A stretch of DNA of 63,179 nucleotides, counting the filler, from Sphacelaria rigidula (taxonomy: Eukaryota): assembly GCA_964200075.2 (NCBI GenBank). It is 7 parts of 7 records of this genome, joined end to end, with 100 filler letters (N's around TTAATTAATTAA, not from the genome) between each part and the next. Parts side by side here need not be neighbours in the genome. Positions count along the whole stretch, not along the records: positions 18,083 to 27,022 come from CAXNAA020009694.1; positions 27,123 to 36,062 come from CAXNAA020009695.1; positions 36,163 to 45,101 come from CAXNAA020009696.1; 4 more parts are not named here. One strand, given 5' to 3'. The notes beneath the pieces were generated by a model. The model was not told the origin of the DNA and did no database searches. It saw only the letters and a program-made list of their open reading frames with translations. Positions 26,282 to 36,780 of this stretch are shown piece after piece. The position numbers and the translations under genes are program-made. The first letter of the stretch is position 1. Every line of letters begins with the position of its first letter.

Positions 26282-26950
26282 GAACGACCCAGGGAGCCTC
26301 GTGACGGTGTCCCCTACATCTATTGTAGAAAAGCTCAGATCGCCCTCAAATTAGGCAGTTCCGTAGATATTGATGCTCCAAATGGAAAAACTGTACTCTT
26401 GATCATATTTCATTGTTTCTACGTTCTCTACAGGCTTCCGGGGGGACCAATATAAAGACCCCTGGAAGGCGGTACAGAATGCCCCGAAATAAAAATAATT
26501 AAATGATGCGTTGCGAGATAGTCCAAGGAACGCATGTACAAGTTTTGGTGAAGAAACTCGAAAACTTACACAGTGTTTCTTGCCCTGACGTAAAACTCGC
26601 CCCAAAATACGTTTTCATACTAAAACCAAGTAGTAAGGAGTTGCACGTTTCAAGCCCACGTCCTGCACAAACGCGCAAACCTTCACGCCGTTATGAGGAG
26701 TTAGACCCTGACACTTTGCACGAAGATGCTATGTGACATTAACCAACTTACATGGACGAGTTTTTTCAATTTCTTGAGTTTTTTATCGTGTTTCGGGGGT
26801 CCGACGGGATCCAAGTCATTTTTCGAATAAGTCTCCGTCCTGGGACCCCGGAAAACCGGAACTACGATACTTTTTATTGTTCCGCGAACGAGCTTTCGCT
26901 GCATAACCCGAGGAAGTGCCCCACAAAATTTTATCGCAAAACTCGATCAT
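26282..26950 (+). repeat. dispersed repeat family A copy abutting the gypsy 3' LTR
   Basis: Colinear with 10505-11200. Confidence 0.85.
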
Positions 26951-28204
26951 CTGATAACAACAAATTGTGCGAATTGAGGTTTAACTTCGAGATGAGGTTC
27001 AAGCCGAAAAACAGTGCTTTCCNNNNNNNNNNNNNNNNNNNNNNNNNNNNNNNNNNNNNNNNNNNNTTAATTAATTAANNNNNNNNNNNNNNNNNNNNNN
27101 NNNNNNNNNNNNNNNNNNNNNNCAGCCTACAATGAGTTGCTTTGTTTTCTGGTATCGCCACTTCCTGAGACAGCCACAGCGTATACACTGCCTCATGGGT
27201 GCCTCACCATCCATCGGGGGTGGGGGACTCCGCGTCCTCAAATCTTGTCCGCGGAGCCCCCTGGGCATGGTGGCAATTTCAGATTATAATACCGTAGAAG
27301 GAAAATATCTTCCATATGGAGGATAAACCTCAAGTGTGGGCTGGCGATCGCATGCGCGACTTCGTTGTTCGGGTTGTTCATGGATCAAAATAAATTGTAC
27401 AGATAACGCTCATCATTATCCCTCGAATATCTTCGAGGAGAACATCGCATAAACAAGAGAGAATATAACTGCACAGAACTAATCGTTATCGGTCTAAAGT
27501 CATCAATGCGAAGGCCTCGCTGATTCTGAACTGATCCCGTGCGAAATCAATGCGTGATGGCACAAAAGACACCACGGCTCGACTGCTGCCGAGATAGCCC
27601 CCCTCCGAACCGGCCAAAAAAGTGCACGGAGGCGATGATCATAGATAGATGCCGTTAGAGCTGGTTCTGTGCTGCACGACGCGACTCATTTGGGCGTTAC
27701 AGCTGATTTCGGACTGCTACACGCCTCTCATGTGGGCGAAATTGCTGCAAACGAGCCCAATAGTGGGATTTCAGCCGGTCGTTTGGACGGTCTCCGTTGC
27801 ACATTTTGTGGGGGGGCTGTGTCGGCATTAGTCGCTCAGGGCATAACAGCTGGAATGATGCGCTGGAGAAGACCCAGACCACCACAATCCAAGGAAACGT
27901 TTTATGCACCCAAGGGGTTGCAAATAAGCGATGCACCCGGGGGCACTTCCGCGGTACCCCAGGCCCACGTCTTGTGGGCCCAATTTCGATCCAAATCAGG
28001 GAAAAAAAACACAGTCCGACTGGAACTTCGGTGGAGACGCCGAATCCGAGAGGCCTCTCGCGGGATTAACCCTCAACTCACTTGGAAAATCACCATTTTG
28101 CGTTCGAGATAACCAACTCGGGGTATTTATGACGGGCCATTCAAAAGGCAATCCGGACATCGCATCTACGCTGTCCAGTTAATGGATGTGAGAAGAGCTT
28201 GCGA

Positions 28205-28345
28205 GTTGATTGATTTTGAGTGATTGATTGCGCACTGTAACCCACCCCCCAGGGGTCCAACCGTGGTCTCATGATAGACGTACCCAAGAAAAACGAAAAT
28301 GAAACACGCACTGAGAAGAAAAAAAAACGGAACAAAAAAAAGAGC
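28205..28345 (-). repeat. LINE/SINE 3' end with (CAAT)n-like tail
   Basis: ttgattgatt...gtcca(a/g)ccgtggtc is shared with ~42115-42250 and ~33090-33170. Confidence 0.55.
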
Positions 28346-28644
28346 GGTCGAACAGAACGACATAACAGATTAAGTCGTGACAAAAAAAAAGTAATAAAAA
28401 AGTCAACACAGGCAAAGCACAGAAAGAAATGGCCGAACTGAAACAAGAAAAAAGGAAAAGAAGAGTAAAGTGCAAGGCAAATGAAATCAACTACAATGAA
28501 ACGATGGGGAAAAAAGAAAAGAATGGAAAAGGCCCAAGGGATTCAGGGCAGCAAAGTAGATACAGACACACTAGTGATGCCGTACTTATCCCCAGAGAGA
28601 AAAGATTAATTGGTTTGTCTAGAGACAGACACATCAAACAACGT

Positions 28645-29190
28645 TTTCGTAAGATTCAGAGTAGAACGCTGATTGAGAGTGGCTTCGGTAATTTGCTTTC
28701 ACCTGGCCATTTTTTCATTCTGTGTGTGCTTTTCTTTGCCTCTATCACGAGCGTGTGCTCACAGGTACACGTCGATATCCTACTCAAGGATATCAAGGGC
28801 CGCAGTGGCAAGCTACTACAGAAAGCATATCGGGCCCTGTGCACGGGCATTTCGGAACTGGAACGACTCATTCACTAATTTACCGCTGTTCACTCTCAAT
28901 TGTTTCCTCTACTCTCAATCTCACGAAAACGTTGTTATCAAAGAATGTAAAACCGATGTGGATTGGGTCAGTCTCACGAACGAAATAAAACTAGGAGTGT
29001 TATTCAACAACCGCTCTTGAGTGATCCCATAGCTCCCCCCAACACCAGCCCCAAAGCTGTCACGAAGAAAATGGCCACACAGCGCATGATAGCTGGTTTC
29101 ACACTGCATGACGCGCCTCATGTGGTCGACATTGGCGAAACGATCCCAAGTGTGAGAGTTCCCAGCAGCTCAGTGTGCTCGGCTTTTTTC
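28645..29190 (+). repeat. dispersed repeat family C (probable decayed transposon)
   Basis: 28645-28935 is homologous to 56720-57017 (+) and 51730-51985 (-). 29040-29190 is homologous to 53450-53600. Confidence 0.8.
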
Positions 29191-29396
29191 GTTGTCATTC
29201 ACATCAAGATTTTGCCTCCTCAAACCCGTCACTTTCCTGAGGGGCGTTGTCGCGGCATCATTCTCTTCTCTGCCGATTTCCCCCTTTTTGAGTATTTAGC
29301 TTTCTGTAGCCACTGAAACATTACACATGACAATGGCACCCCCTGATCCAATATTACCTTTCCATTTGCAGGGAGTTCAAATTTCACGCGCATAAA

Positions 29397-29658
29397 GGGT
29401 CATGCTACGATAGGGTGGGGGGGGAGGGGGGGGCGTATTTTAGGGCGTCTTCTTTCACGAAATTCTGCTTGCAATCGCCGTTGATAGCAGCAACAGTAGT
29501 TCAAACGCGCTTGCTTTCGATTGATAACGCTCACTCGTACTGTTTGACACCGCTTCTACACAAATACAAGCGCACCGCGAGTGTGTTGGGTCGTCTGACG
29601 CACCTATGAGCCCATTGTGATGGAATCGAACACCTTCCCCCCTATCGTAGCATGACTC
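29397..29658. mobile_element. MITE (~260 bp), copy 2
   Basis: GGGTCATGCTACGATAGGG / CCCTATCGTAGCATGACTC, flanked by TAAA on both sides. Confidence 0.8.
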
Positions 29659-29680
29659 TAAAGTGACCTTAACGCAAAAA

Positions 29681-30153
29681 TGTCATGAAGACGCATATTA
29701 GCCTGTTGCCATGCCGCTTCAGACCCGTTGATGAGCCTGGCTATTTGTTTTTAGGGTATTCTAAGACCCAAGACTGCAGGTCTGTTCAGAGTTGGTCAGG
29801 TACAAGCGTGAACTTGTATATTGCAGAGATGATGTCGGCTTCGTTTGTTCTCGCACGAACCAAGTCCCACCCTCTTGTCACTACCGTCTACTGCCCCTCT
29901 CTCAGCTAGAAGTCTAACACGGTGAGACTGATATATTGAGCATGAGATTGGATTGGTTGAGTGGATACTGGAGAGTCGAGACCAGACAATCAAGAAGAAG
30001 ATATGACTTGCGCGTGAGACATTGGTATTTGTCGGGCACGTCTTGTGTGAGTCAGTGTCTGTTGTATTGCCTGGCTACTCAGTCTGCGGACTGGACCCTT
30101 GCCTTGCCTAGTGAACCTGTGCTTGCCATATACAGCACCGTAACCCCATTACA
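29681..30153 (+). mobile_element. solo LTR related to the gypsy LTR
   Basis: TGTCATGAAG...CATTACA, 473 bp, colinear with 25810-26281. It is flanked by AAAA/AAAA and has no internal sequence next to it. Confidence 0.85.
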
Positions 30154-30275
30154 AAAATCGAAGTCAACACAAGCAAGAAGCAATGCTGCGGTAGGGGTGC
30201 AGTTTATTGTTAAGGCTCTTTATTGAAGGAACCTCTCCACGACAAGTATCTGAGGCTTACTGTGCAGCCCTAATC

Positions 30276-30431
30276 CTTTGGGGACCGGACTCCCAGAAAC
30301 ATGGCGTTCACATGTAGCGGGGTTTTTGTGAATCGACATCATGTTCGGTCCTTTTCACGTAAAAATGGCGCCCATTCACGAAATAGTCCCTGTGTGCAAA
30401 CACAATGTCTCTGGGAGTCCGGTCCCGAAAG
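30276..30431. mobile_element. small MITE (~155 bp)
   Basis: CTTTGGGGACCGGACTCCCAGAAACA / TGTCTCTGGGAGTCCGGTCCCGAAAG. Confidence 0.7.
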
Positions 30432-31499
30432 AGTTCAGACAAGGTTTGGCCCAAAAAGTGCACCCCTGACGTGGCATGACACTCCAAAATTAATCCATAC
30501 TACAGCTGTCCTTGGTGTTCGGTACGATCCACACGGTGGTACTGTACAGTCCAGCAGAACTCTAAAATAACAACAATCCAAAAATTTAAACCAAAGATCC
30601 TACCCAAAATCAAAACGACAAGGCTAAATACCCAAGCGTAATCCTCCATATAATTATCCACTGATTGCTACTCGGCTGTGTCAATGGCTCCTGCTTCCAG
30701 TACTCTACCCCACTTCCGCGCGATAGAGCCTGCCCATAGCTCGCTGTACTCGACTGAATCGCCTTCGTATATACCCTTTTGGCACCATAACGTCCTTCGC
30801 TGGCCATTGAAGCTCCGGTGGGATAGTATGCGGCGGACGCTGCTCACGCATGACGGCATCAATGTCTGCATACGTGGTCAATCTTGTAATGGGTCGCATC
30901 GAGATGCCTCCTTGCCCTTCTGTTGCAACACCCTGTTCCTGTCGCCCGGCATCTACCGCGCCGCGCGTGAGAATGGCGAACATAATAGATCGCTTGTCTG
31001 TGCGCTTCATTAGTCCCAGGTTGTGGTCCATGAAAGCTGACTTGTCGGCCTACGCTGCCACCCTTGATTGTGTGTCCCCAGGTTACCGTGGGTCTGTTTC
31101 CAGATCTCATCCTTTTCTCAAGCTGATTGGGAGCGGCGAGAAAGAGTGATCCGGCACTGCAGAAGTAGTCGATGAATTGAGCGGCGCAGTTGAGGGATAC
31201 GCCATGTGTTAGCGATAGAGCTATGCTACGGTAGGGGAGGGGGGGGAGGTCAATTCCACAGAAAAATGTGCTCAGAGATTGTCAAACGACCTAAAACCTC
31301 GCGGTGCTTGTATTTGGGTAAAAGCAGTGCAAAGCAGTATGAATGAGCGTTATACATCGGGAGCAAGCGCGTTCGAACAACTGCTGGCTGCGCTCAACGG
31401 TGATTGAAGTGGAATTTCCCGGAAGAAAACAGCCCAAAATATCCCCCCACTATCGTAGAGTTCTGATGACTATGGTATGCATGATCATGAGTACACTAT

Positions 31500-32050
31500 C
31501 GCAGCATGACTCGATATCGGCGGCAGTGTCGGCGAAGTCGATGAGAGCAGCAGCGGCTGCGGCGGTGTCAGCGGTGTCGGCGGGGGCTCGGATACTTCCG
31601 TGTAATATGTCGATGCCATCGGCAGCGGTGTCGGCGAAGTCGACGGGGGCAGCAGCGGCAGCGGCTGCGACGTTGTTGGCTGCGATTTCACCGAAGTCAG
31701 CGGCAGCGGCAGTGGCGGCGGCGCTGTCGGCACAGTCGGCAGCGGCAGTGATCGCGGGGGCTCAGATACACCACGGTACCATGTGTCGGCGAAGTCGGTG
31801 GCAGTGGCAGCGGCCGCGGTGATGCTGGCAGCGATGTTGATGAAGTCGGCGGCAACGCCAGTGTCGGTGGCGACTCGAATTTCACCGTGTGATGCTGCTG
31901 TGTCGACCGGGTGGCGACGGAAGGTACTCCCTACTCCCTCCCACCCTTTCCGGTGAGCGGCATCGTCGGCGGCGATTTTGATGAAGCCTGTGGCGTCTCG
32001 AATTTCACCGTGTGGCGCAGCTGTGTCGGCGTGTCAGCGACGGTAGTAGC
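31500..32050. repeat. GC-rich degenerate minisatellite (tcggcggcagtgtcggcgaagtcg-like)
   Basis: Recurrent motif that gives only low-complexity Ala/Ser or Pro/Thr translations. Confidence 0.7.
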
Positions 32051-32204
32051 TCCATTACCCCCCCTTGTGGCGAACGACATCGTCAGCGATCGCAGAGCCG
32101 GCACACGCGGACAGTCAACACAAAAGGAACAACGCATGCTGGGGAGGCGGGCTGGCCATAAATGCCTGGGGGGGGGAAACACAACGCTTGCTGGGGAGGC
32201 GGCG

Positions 32205-34434
32205 CACACGTGGACAGATAGCACCCTGTAAGACGTGCTGCATAGGGTTCTTCACAGTCTTTTGTCAGAAACCCTACACTGCATTTGCAAACTCTATTAC
32301 CTCTACCAGCATTTTGCGTAGCGTTTTTGTCGAAACCCTGCAAGCAACCCTGTGGAGAGGCCCCCCCAATTTTGAAAATTCCAAAATAATTTGGTACAAA
32401 ATCTGTAAATTTATAATCTTGAATAGCTTCTTCTGCTCTTCGAGATCAATCCTCTTTTTACCCGATTCAAATCGGGCAAAAAGAAATTTATCTTGAACAG
32501 CAGGACAAGCTATTCAAAACATTTTTTTTTTTCGTCCAATTAAATTGGGCAAAAAAAGAATTTATTTCAAACAGCTTCTTCTGCTGTACAAATCCCATGC
32601 ACACTGGCAGATTTGATTTTTGAACAGCAGAAGAAGCTATAAAAAAGCCTCACTTTACCCGCCAATTCATCCGGAAATTGGGCGAAAAGAGAATTATTGC
32701 GAACAGCCTCAGCTGTGCAGACCCCGCATACTGCACCGTTATCAGCGGATGGGATCCGAGACGCAGAAAAAGTTGTTGAAAATAATTCATCCTCTTGCCC
32801 CCCAGTTCATGTATCAATTGGGCTAAAGAATGAATTCTCGAAAGCTTTTGCTGAATACAAATCCCACACACTGCTTACGAGTGTATGTTCACACGCCTGT
32901 GCTTCGAAGCGACGCTTCCGCTGCAGGCATGGTAAAGATGCTGGATCCACGGTATATACCTCGCATATGAATGCAGATAGCTCATGAAAATCCCGTCGTC
33001 CAGTCCCTGTCAAGACGAACCAAATGATTTGTAGCAATAATGCGAAAACAAATTGATCGCGGTAGATGCATATACCTTGATGGGGATGATTGATTGTAGA
33101 TTGATAGATTGATTGGTTGACTGTCGCATTTTAATTTACCCCCCAGCAGGTGTCCAGCCGTGGTCTCTATAATAACAACAATAAGCTGTATAATACCATG
33201 CAGGACAGTGCAATACCGCGTGCTTATACGTCAGGTGCTATATACTGCAGAGTGAGCGCGGCGTATGTGCTACGTATGGCTATGCAATGTGGATATATGC
33301 TGCAGCTTATATTTTGATATACGGGGGTCTTAAATACCGTCAGGAGTAACTACAGAGTTCGCACAGCACGCACACGTACATGCATATGCGCACGCAAGTG
33401 TAGCACGCAGTGAGCAGGGCATGAAAAGGAAGCGAGGAAAGTACAGTACAGACGGCGCAGGACTATATAGGTTCTCTGCCTACACTGCGGCGTGAAAAGG
33501 ACTTGAACAACGTGCAGCTTTGTATTGACGATGCCTGCGCCCATGCATCAACTATGCGGTGAGGACATGCTATATACACCATGCGTGCATATGGCGGTTC
33601 AATCCGTTGCCATGCGATGCCGCGCGACCATGAAAGAAGATGCTCAAGTTTCCATGCACCAACAAGAAATACCTCATACCCAACCACGGCAGTGTGTATC
33701 TATATCCCTGTGCCCAACTCGTGGTCTTTGCTACAGACAGTATATAGGGTTGTGCCGTATAGCTGGGAACGAAAATGTTTTTGTTATGGGTGATTTGCAT
33801 GGATCTCGGGACATGGTTCATACTATATAATATACAAGTACTTTGAAGTACAAAATTGCCGGGTCCCAAAAGTCAAACTCCAGAGGTAAATTGCACCCGG
33901 GAGAGCACTTTCCCCCCAACGTTGCCAACAGACAACCATTTCAAAGTTACAAAATAAGGGTGCTCATGCTTTCGTTTCTGAAGTTATGTTGCTTGATATA
34001 TCCATTAAAAACCCAAAAATAATGTCCACGTCAACAACAAGTCATACGTGGTTCAATGCTCAGTGCGTTCTTCTCCCGACCACTAAAGTTCGAGATCGAC
34101 ATCCACCCCTGTCACGATTAATCTGTTTTATCGCCAGTACTGCGCCCGCGCTGCAAGGTCGAGCATATTGTATGTGCGTAAAAATATGTACATCATATTA
34201 ACAGCAATGAACACTACACGGAGTGACGAAACCCTGTGGAGCGTCCTGTGTGGCGCAAAATAAGATCCTACAGCCAAATCCCCGCGAGAAACACTGCACA
34301 GTTTCCCTGAAACCCTGTGAAGTGTCCTGTGTGGCGCAAAAAAACGCCCTACAGCTAAATCCCCGCGAGAAACACTGCACCGTTTCCCTGAACCCTGTAA
34401 ACGTGCCCCACAGGGTGCTATTTGTCCACGTGTG
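32205..34434. mobile_element. 2.2-kb TIR element (CACACG termini), no recognisable transposase
   Basis: CACACGTGGACAGATAGCACCCTGT / ACAGGGTGCTATTTGTCCACGTGTG (24 of 25 match). An 81-bp subterminal tandem repeat lies at 34228-34398. Confidence 0.75.
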
Positions 34435-34827
34435 GGACTGTAAACGAACACCAGGGGGGAAAGGCACAACCTTTCTCGAGGGGACGACCTGTAAACGAAC
34501 ACCGCGGGGGGAGAACACGAAACACCTCTGTCTGAAGCGAGGGCTGTTGCTTCGTGAGGCGGCGAACTAGACTTTACAGCGCTACGCGCAGCCGTACACT
34601 CACTGTCTGTCGGGGGAGGTCTGATGTTTGTGATGGTGGACATAGAACTCTACTACGCTACGCGTAGCAGCAGACTTGCAGTCTGTCGGGGATCTGATAT
34701 CCGGGACGGCAGGCGTAGAACCAGGCTCTACAGCGCTACCGCAGACATACTGTCTGTCGGGGGGGTCTAATATTTGTGACGGCGGGCGCTGCAAGCGGAA
34801 CCTTACCATATATGTGGGAGGTAGGTG

Positions 34828-35197
34828 AGTGGCCCAGCGTGATGACGATCGCGGGTCGCGATCGAAACGTGGTTGACCGTCGAACAATTGTATTCCCGTC
34901 TTACTGAGAGGGATGCCCTGCTTTTTCTGCGCAATACGCAGTGAAAAACGATTGACTCTGAACCCTTCTCGCGATGAAAGTTAAGGTCAGCACCGCAGAA
35001 GAAAAGTAGGGTACTGAAACGAAACAAACAAATGAGGCATCCTGCGTTGACTTTCCTCCTCTGTGACCCCCACATACATCGAAAGGTGTCCTCCTATGTG
35101 ATCCCAACTGATGTGCCCACATACATCGAAAGGTGTGGACTGGCGTCCAAAATAGGTGGGAAGACAGCACACGCAAACACAAACACACACACACACG
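34828..35197 (+). mobile_element. SINE-like element with (CA)n tail, diverged relative of 52525-52839
   Basis: Shares tgaaccc.tctcgcgat and cccacata.a.cgaaaggtgt.gactggcg with that element and ends in (CA)n. Confidence 0.6.
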
Positions 35198-35658
35198 TAT
35201 GTACCTTTCGCGCTTGGAGAGGCGGATGTACCTTTTAGGGGATATGACGAACGTATGTGACGTGGGTCTGTGGTAAACATCGCAACCGTTACATGTCGAA
35301 CACTTCGGGACATCGTTTTAGGATTATTTGAGCGTTTCCACAAGCAAATAATTTACGTCAAGGGCAGGTCGAGTAGAGTATGTACTTTTGAGTACTCGAA
35401 TAAAATACTCGAGTGTTTGCTTTACTTAAATTTTGAGTAGGTCGAGTACGGCCTTAAACACTCTACTCAAATTTTGAGTAGGTTGAGTACGGCCTCCAAT
35501 ACTCTACTCAAATATTGAGTAAACACTCTCAGTAATACTTGAGTGTAGGATATCACCTGGGTATGACCGAAATACTCTACTCAAGTTGTGAGTAGGTCGG
35601 GTACGGCCTCACATACTCTACGAGCTGGGCCAGCCTAGAGGCGGATTTGAAGTTTGCA

Positions 35659-35940
35659 GGCCCATGCTCCCGCCAATATTTAGAGTTTGACCCTGAGATT
35701 TGGTATGGACAATGAATAGGGCATGAAAAAAAGAATTACGTCGGCACCAAAAGCTGTTATCATTTTTTTTCATGAGTTAAGGGCGTTTTACTGATACCTG
35801 AAAACTGATTATTGACCCTGAGTCATGAAAAAACAGAAAAAAAAAAAAGTTGGTGCCGACGTAATTTTTTTTCCATGCCCTATGCATTGCCCGTACCAAA
35901 CTTCAGGGTCCAACTCTATATATTGGTGGGAGCATGGGCC
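35659..35940. repeat. long inverted repeat (~125-bp arms, ~28-nt spacer)
   Basis: 35659-35784 is the imperfect reverse complement of 35813-35940. Confidence 0.85.
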
Positions 35941-36636
35941 TTTAAAAATCCGGGTCGGTAGAAATTCGGAGCAGTATTTCTCAGGCCACTCACCGGCCCA
36001 TGTTTGGTTTTCGTGTAAACAGCCAATCATCTATGTTGAGGATGGTGCTTTTGATTGAGGATNNNNNNNNNNNNNNNNNNNNNNNNNNNNNNNNNNNNNN
36101 NNNNNNTTAATTAATTAANNNNNNNNNNNNNNNNNNNNNNNNNNNNNNNNNNNNNNNNNNNNGTGTGGGGAAAGCACTGTTTTGGGCTTGAGCCTCATCT
36201 CGAAGTTAAACCTCAGTTCGCACAATTTGTTGTTCAGATCATGGACTAGAGCTATATATTTGACGCCTACTTTGAGTGAATGATATTTTAAACAAGGCTT
36301 TTTCGTTGGCCACTGCAGCGGTACCGTACTGCAGTCAGAAGCAGCTTGTGAATCTGAAAGTTGCGTCCCAGCGGCGAAAAACGTTCTGCGCATTTTGTAG
36401 GCGACGGGGTTCCACAAAGCACGCGACCAAAACACGGGCCGTGTCAACACTCTTGGAGACACAATGCATGTATGCTCCGAGCCGCATGACCCAGCCCCAA
36501 GCCCCAGGATCAACAACTGATAGCGTCAGCGTCAACCCTGACCTGAGACAAGCAACGTACATATCCTTCTTCCGTACGTATTCAGCTGTTTCCATGAACG
36601 CCCCAGATAGGTTAGAATACCCTTTGCCGCACTCGC

Positions 36637-36780
36637 CTCATTGATCATCTGTGAAACGATCAGCGGGGACCACCTCGGTGCCGGAGTGAATATTCTCTTC
36701 GCCTTCAGCAAACCCAGCGTGGCGAAAAGATTCACGGCATTCACCATGCAGGCCATTGTCAGCACGACTACGTAAATGAC
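36637..36780 (-). CDS. channel gene exon (TM10); ends at a putative GC donor or reads on to the stop at 36532
   Basis: VIYVVVLTMACMVNAVNLFATLGLLKAKRIFTPAPRWSPLIVSQMINE|gcgagt. Confidence 0.8.

Noticed and set aside
30668-31120. Coding-looking minus-strand segment
   Set aside because: It is interrupted by a stop/frameshift and I recognised no family.
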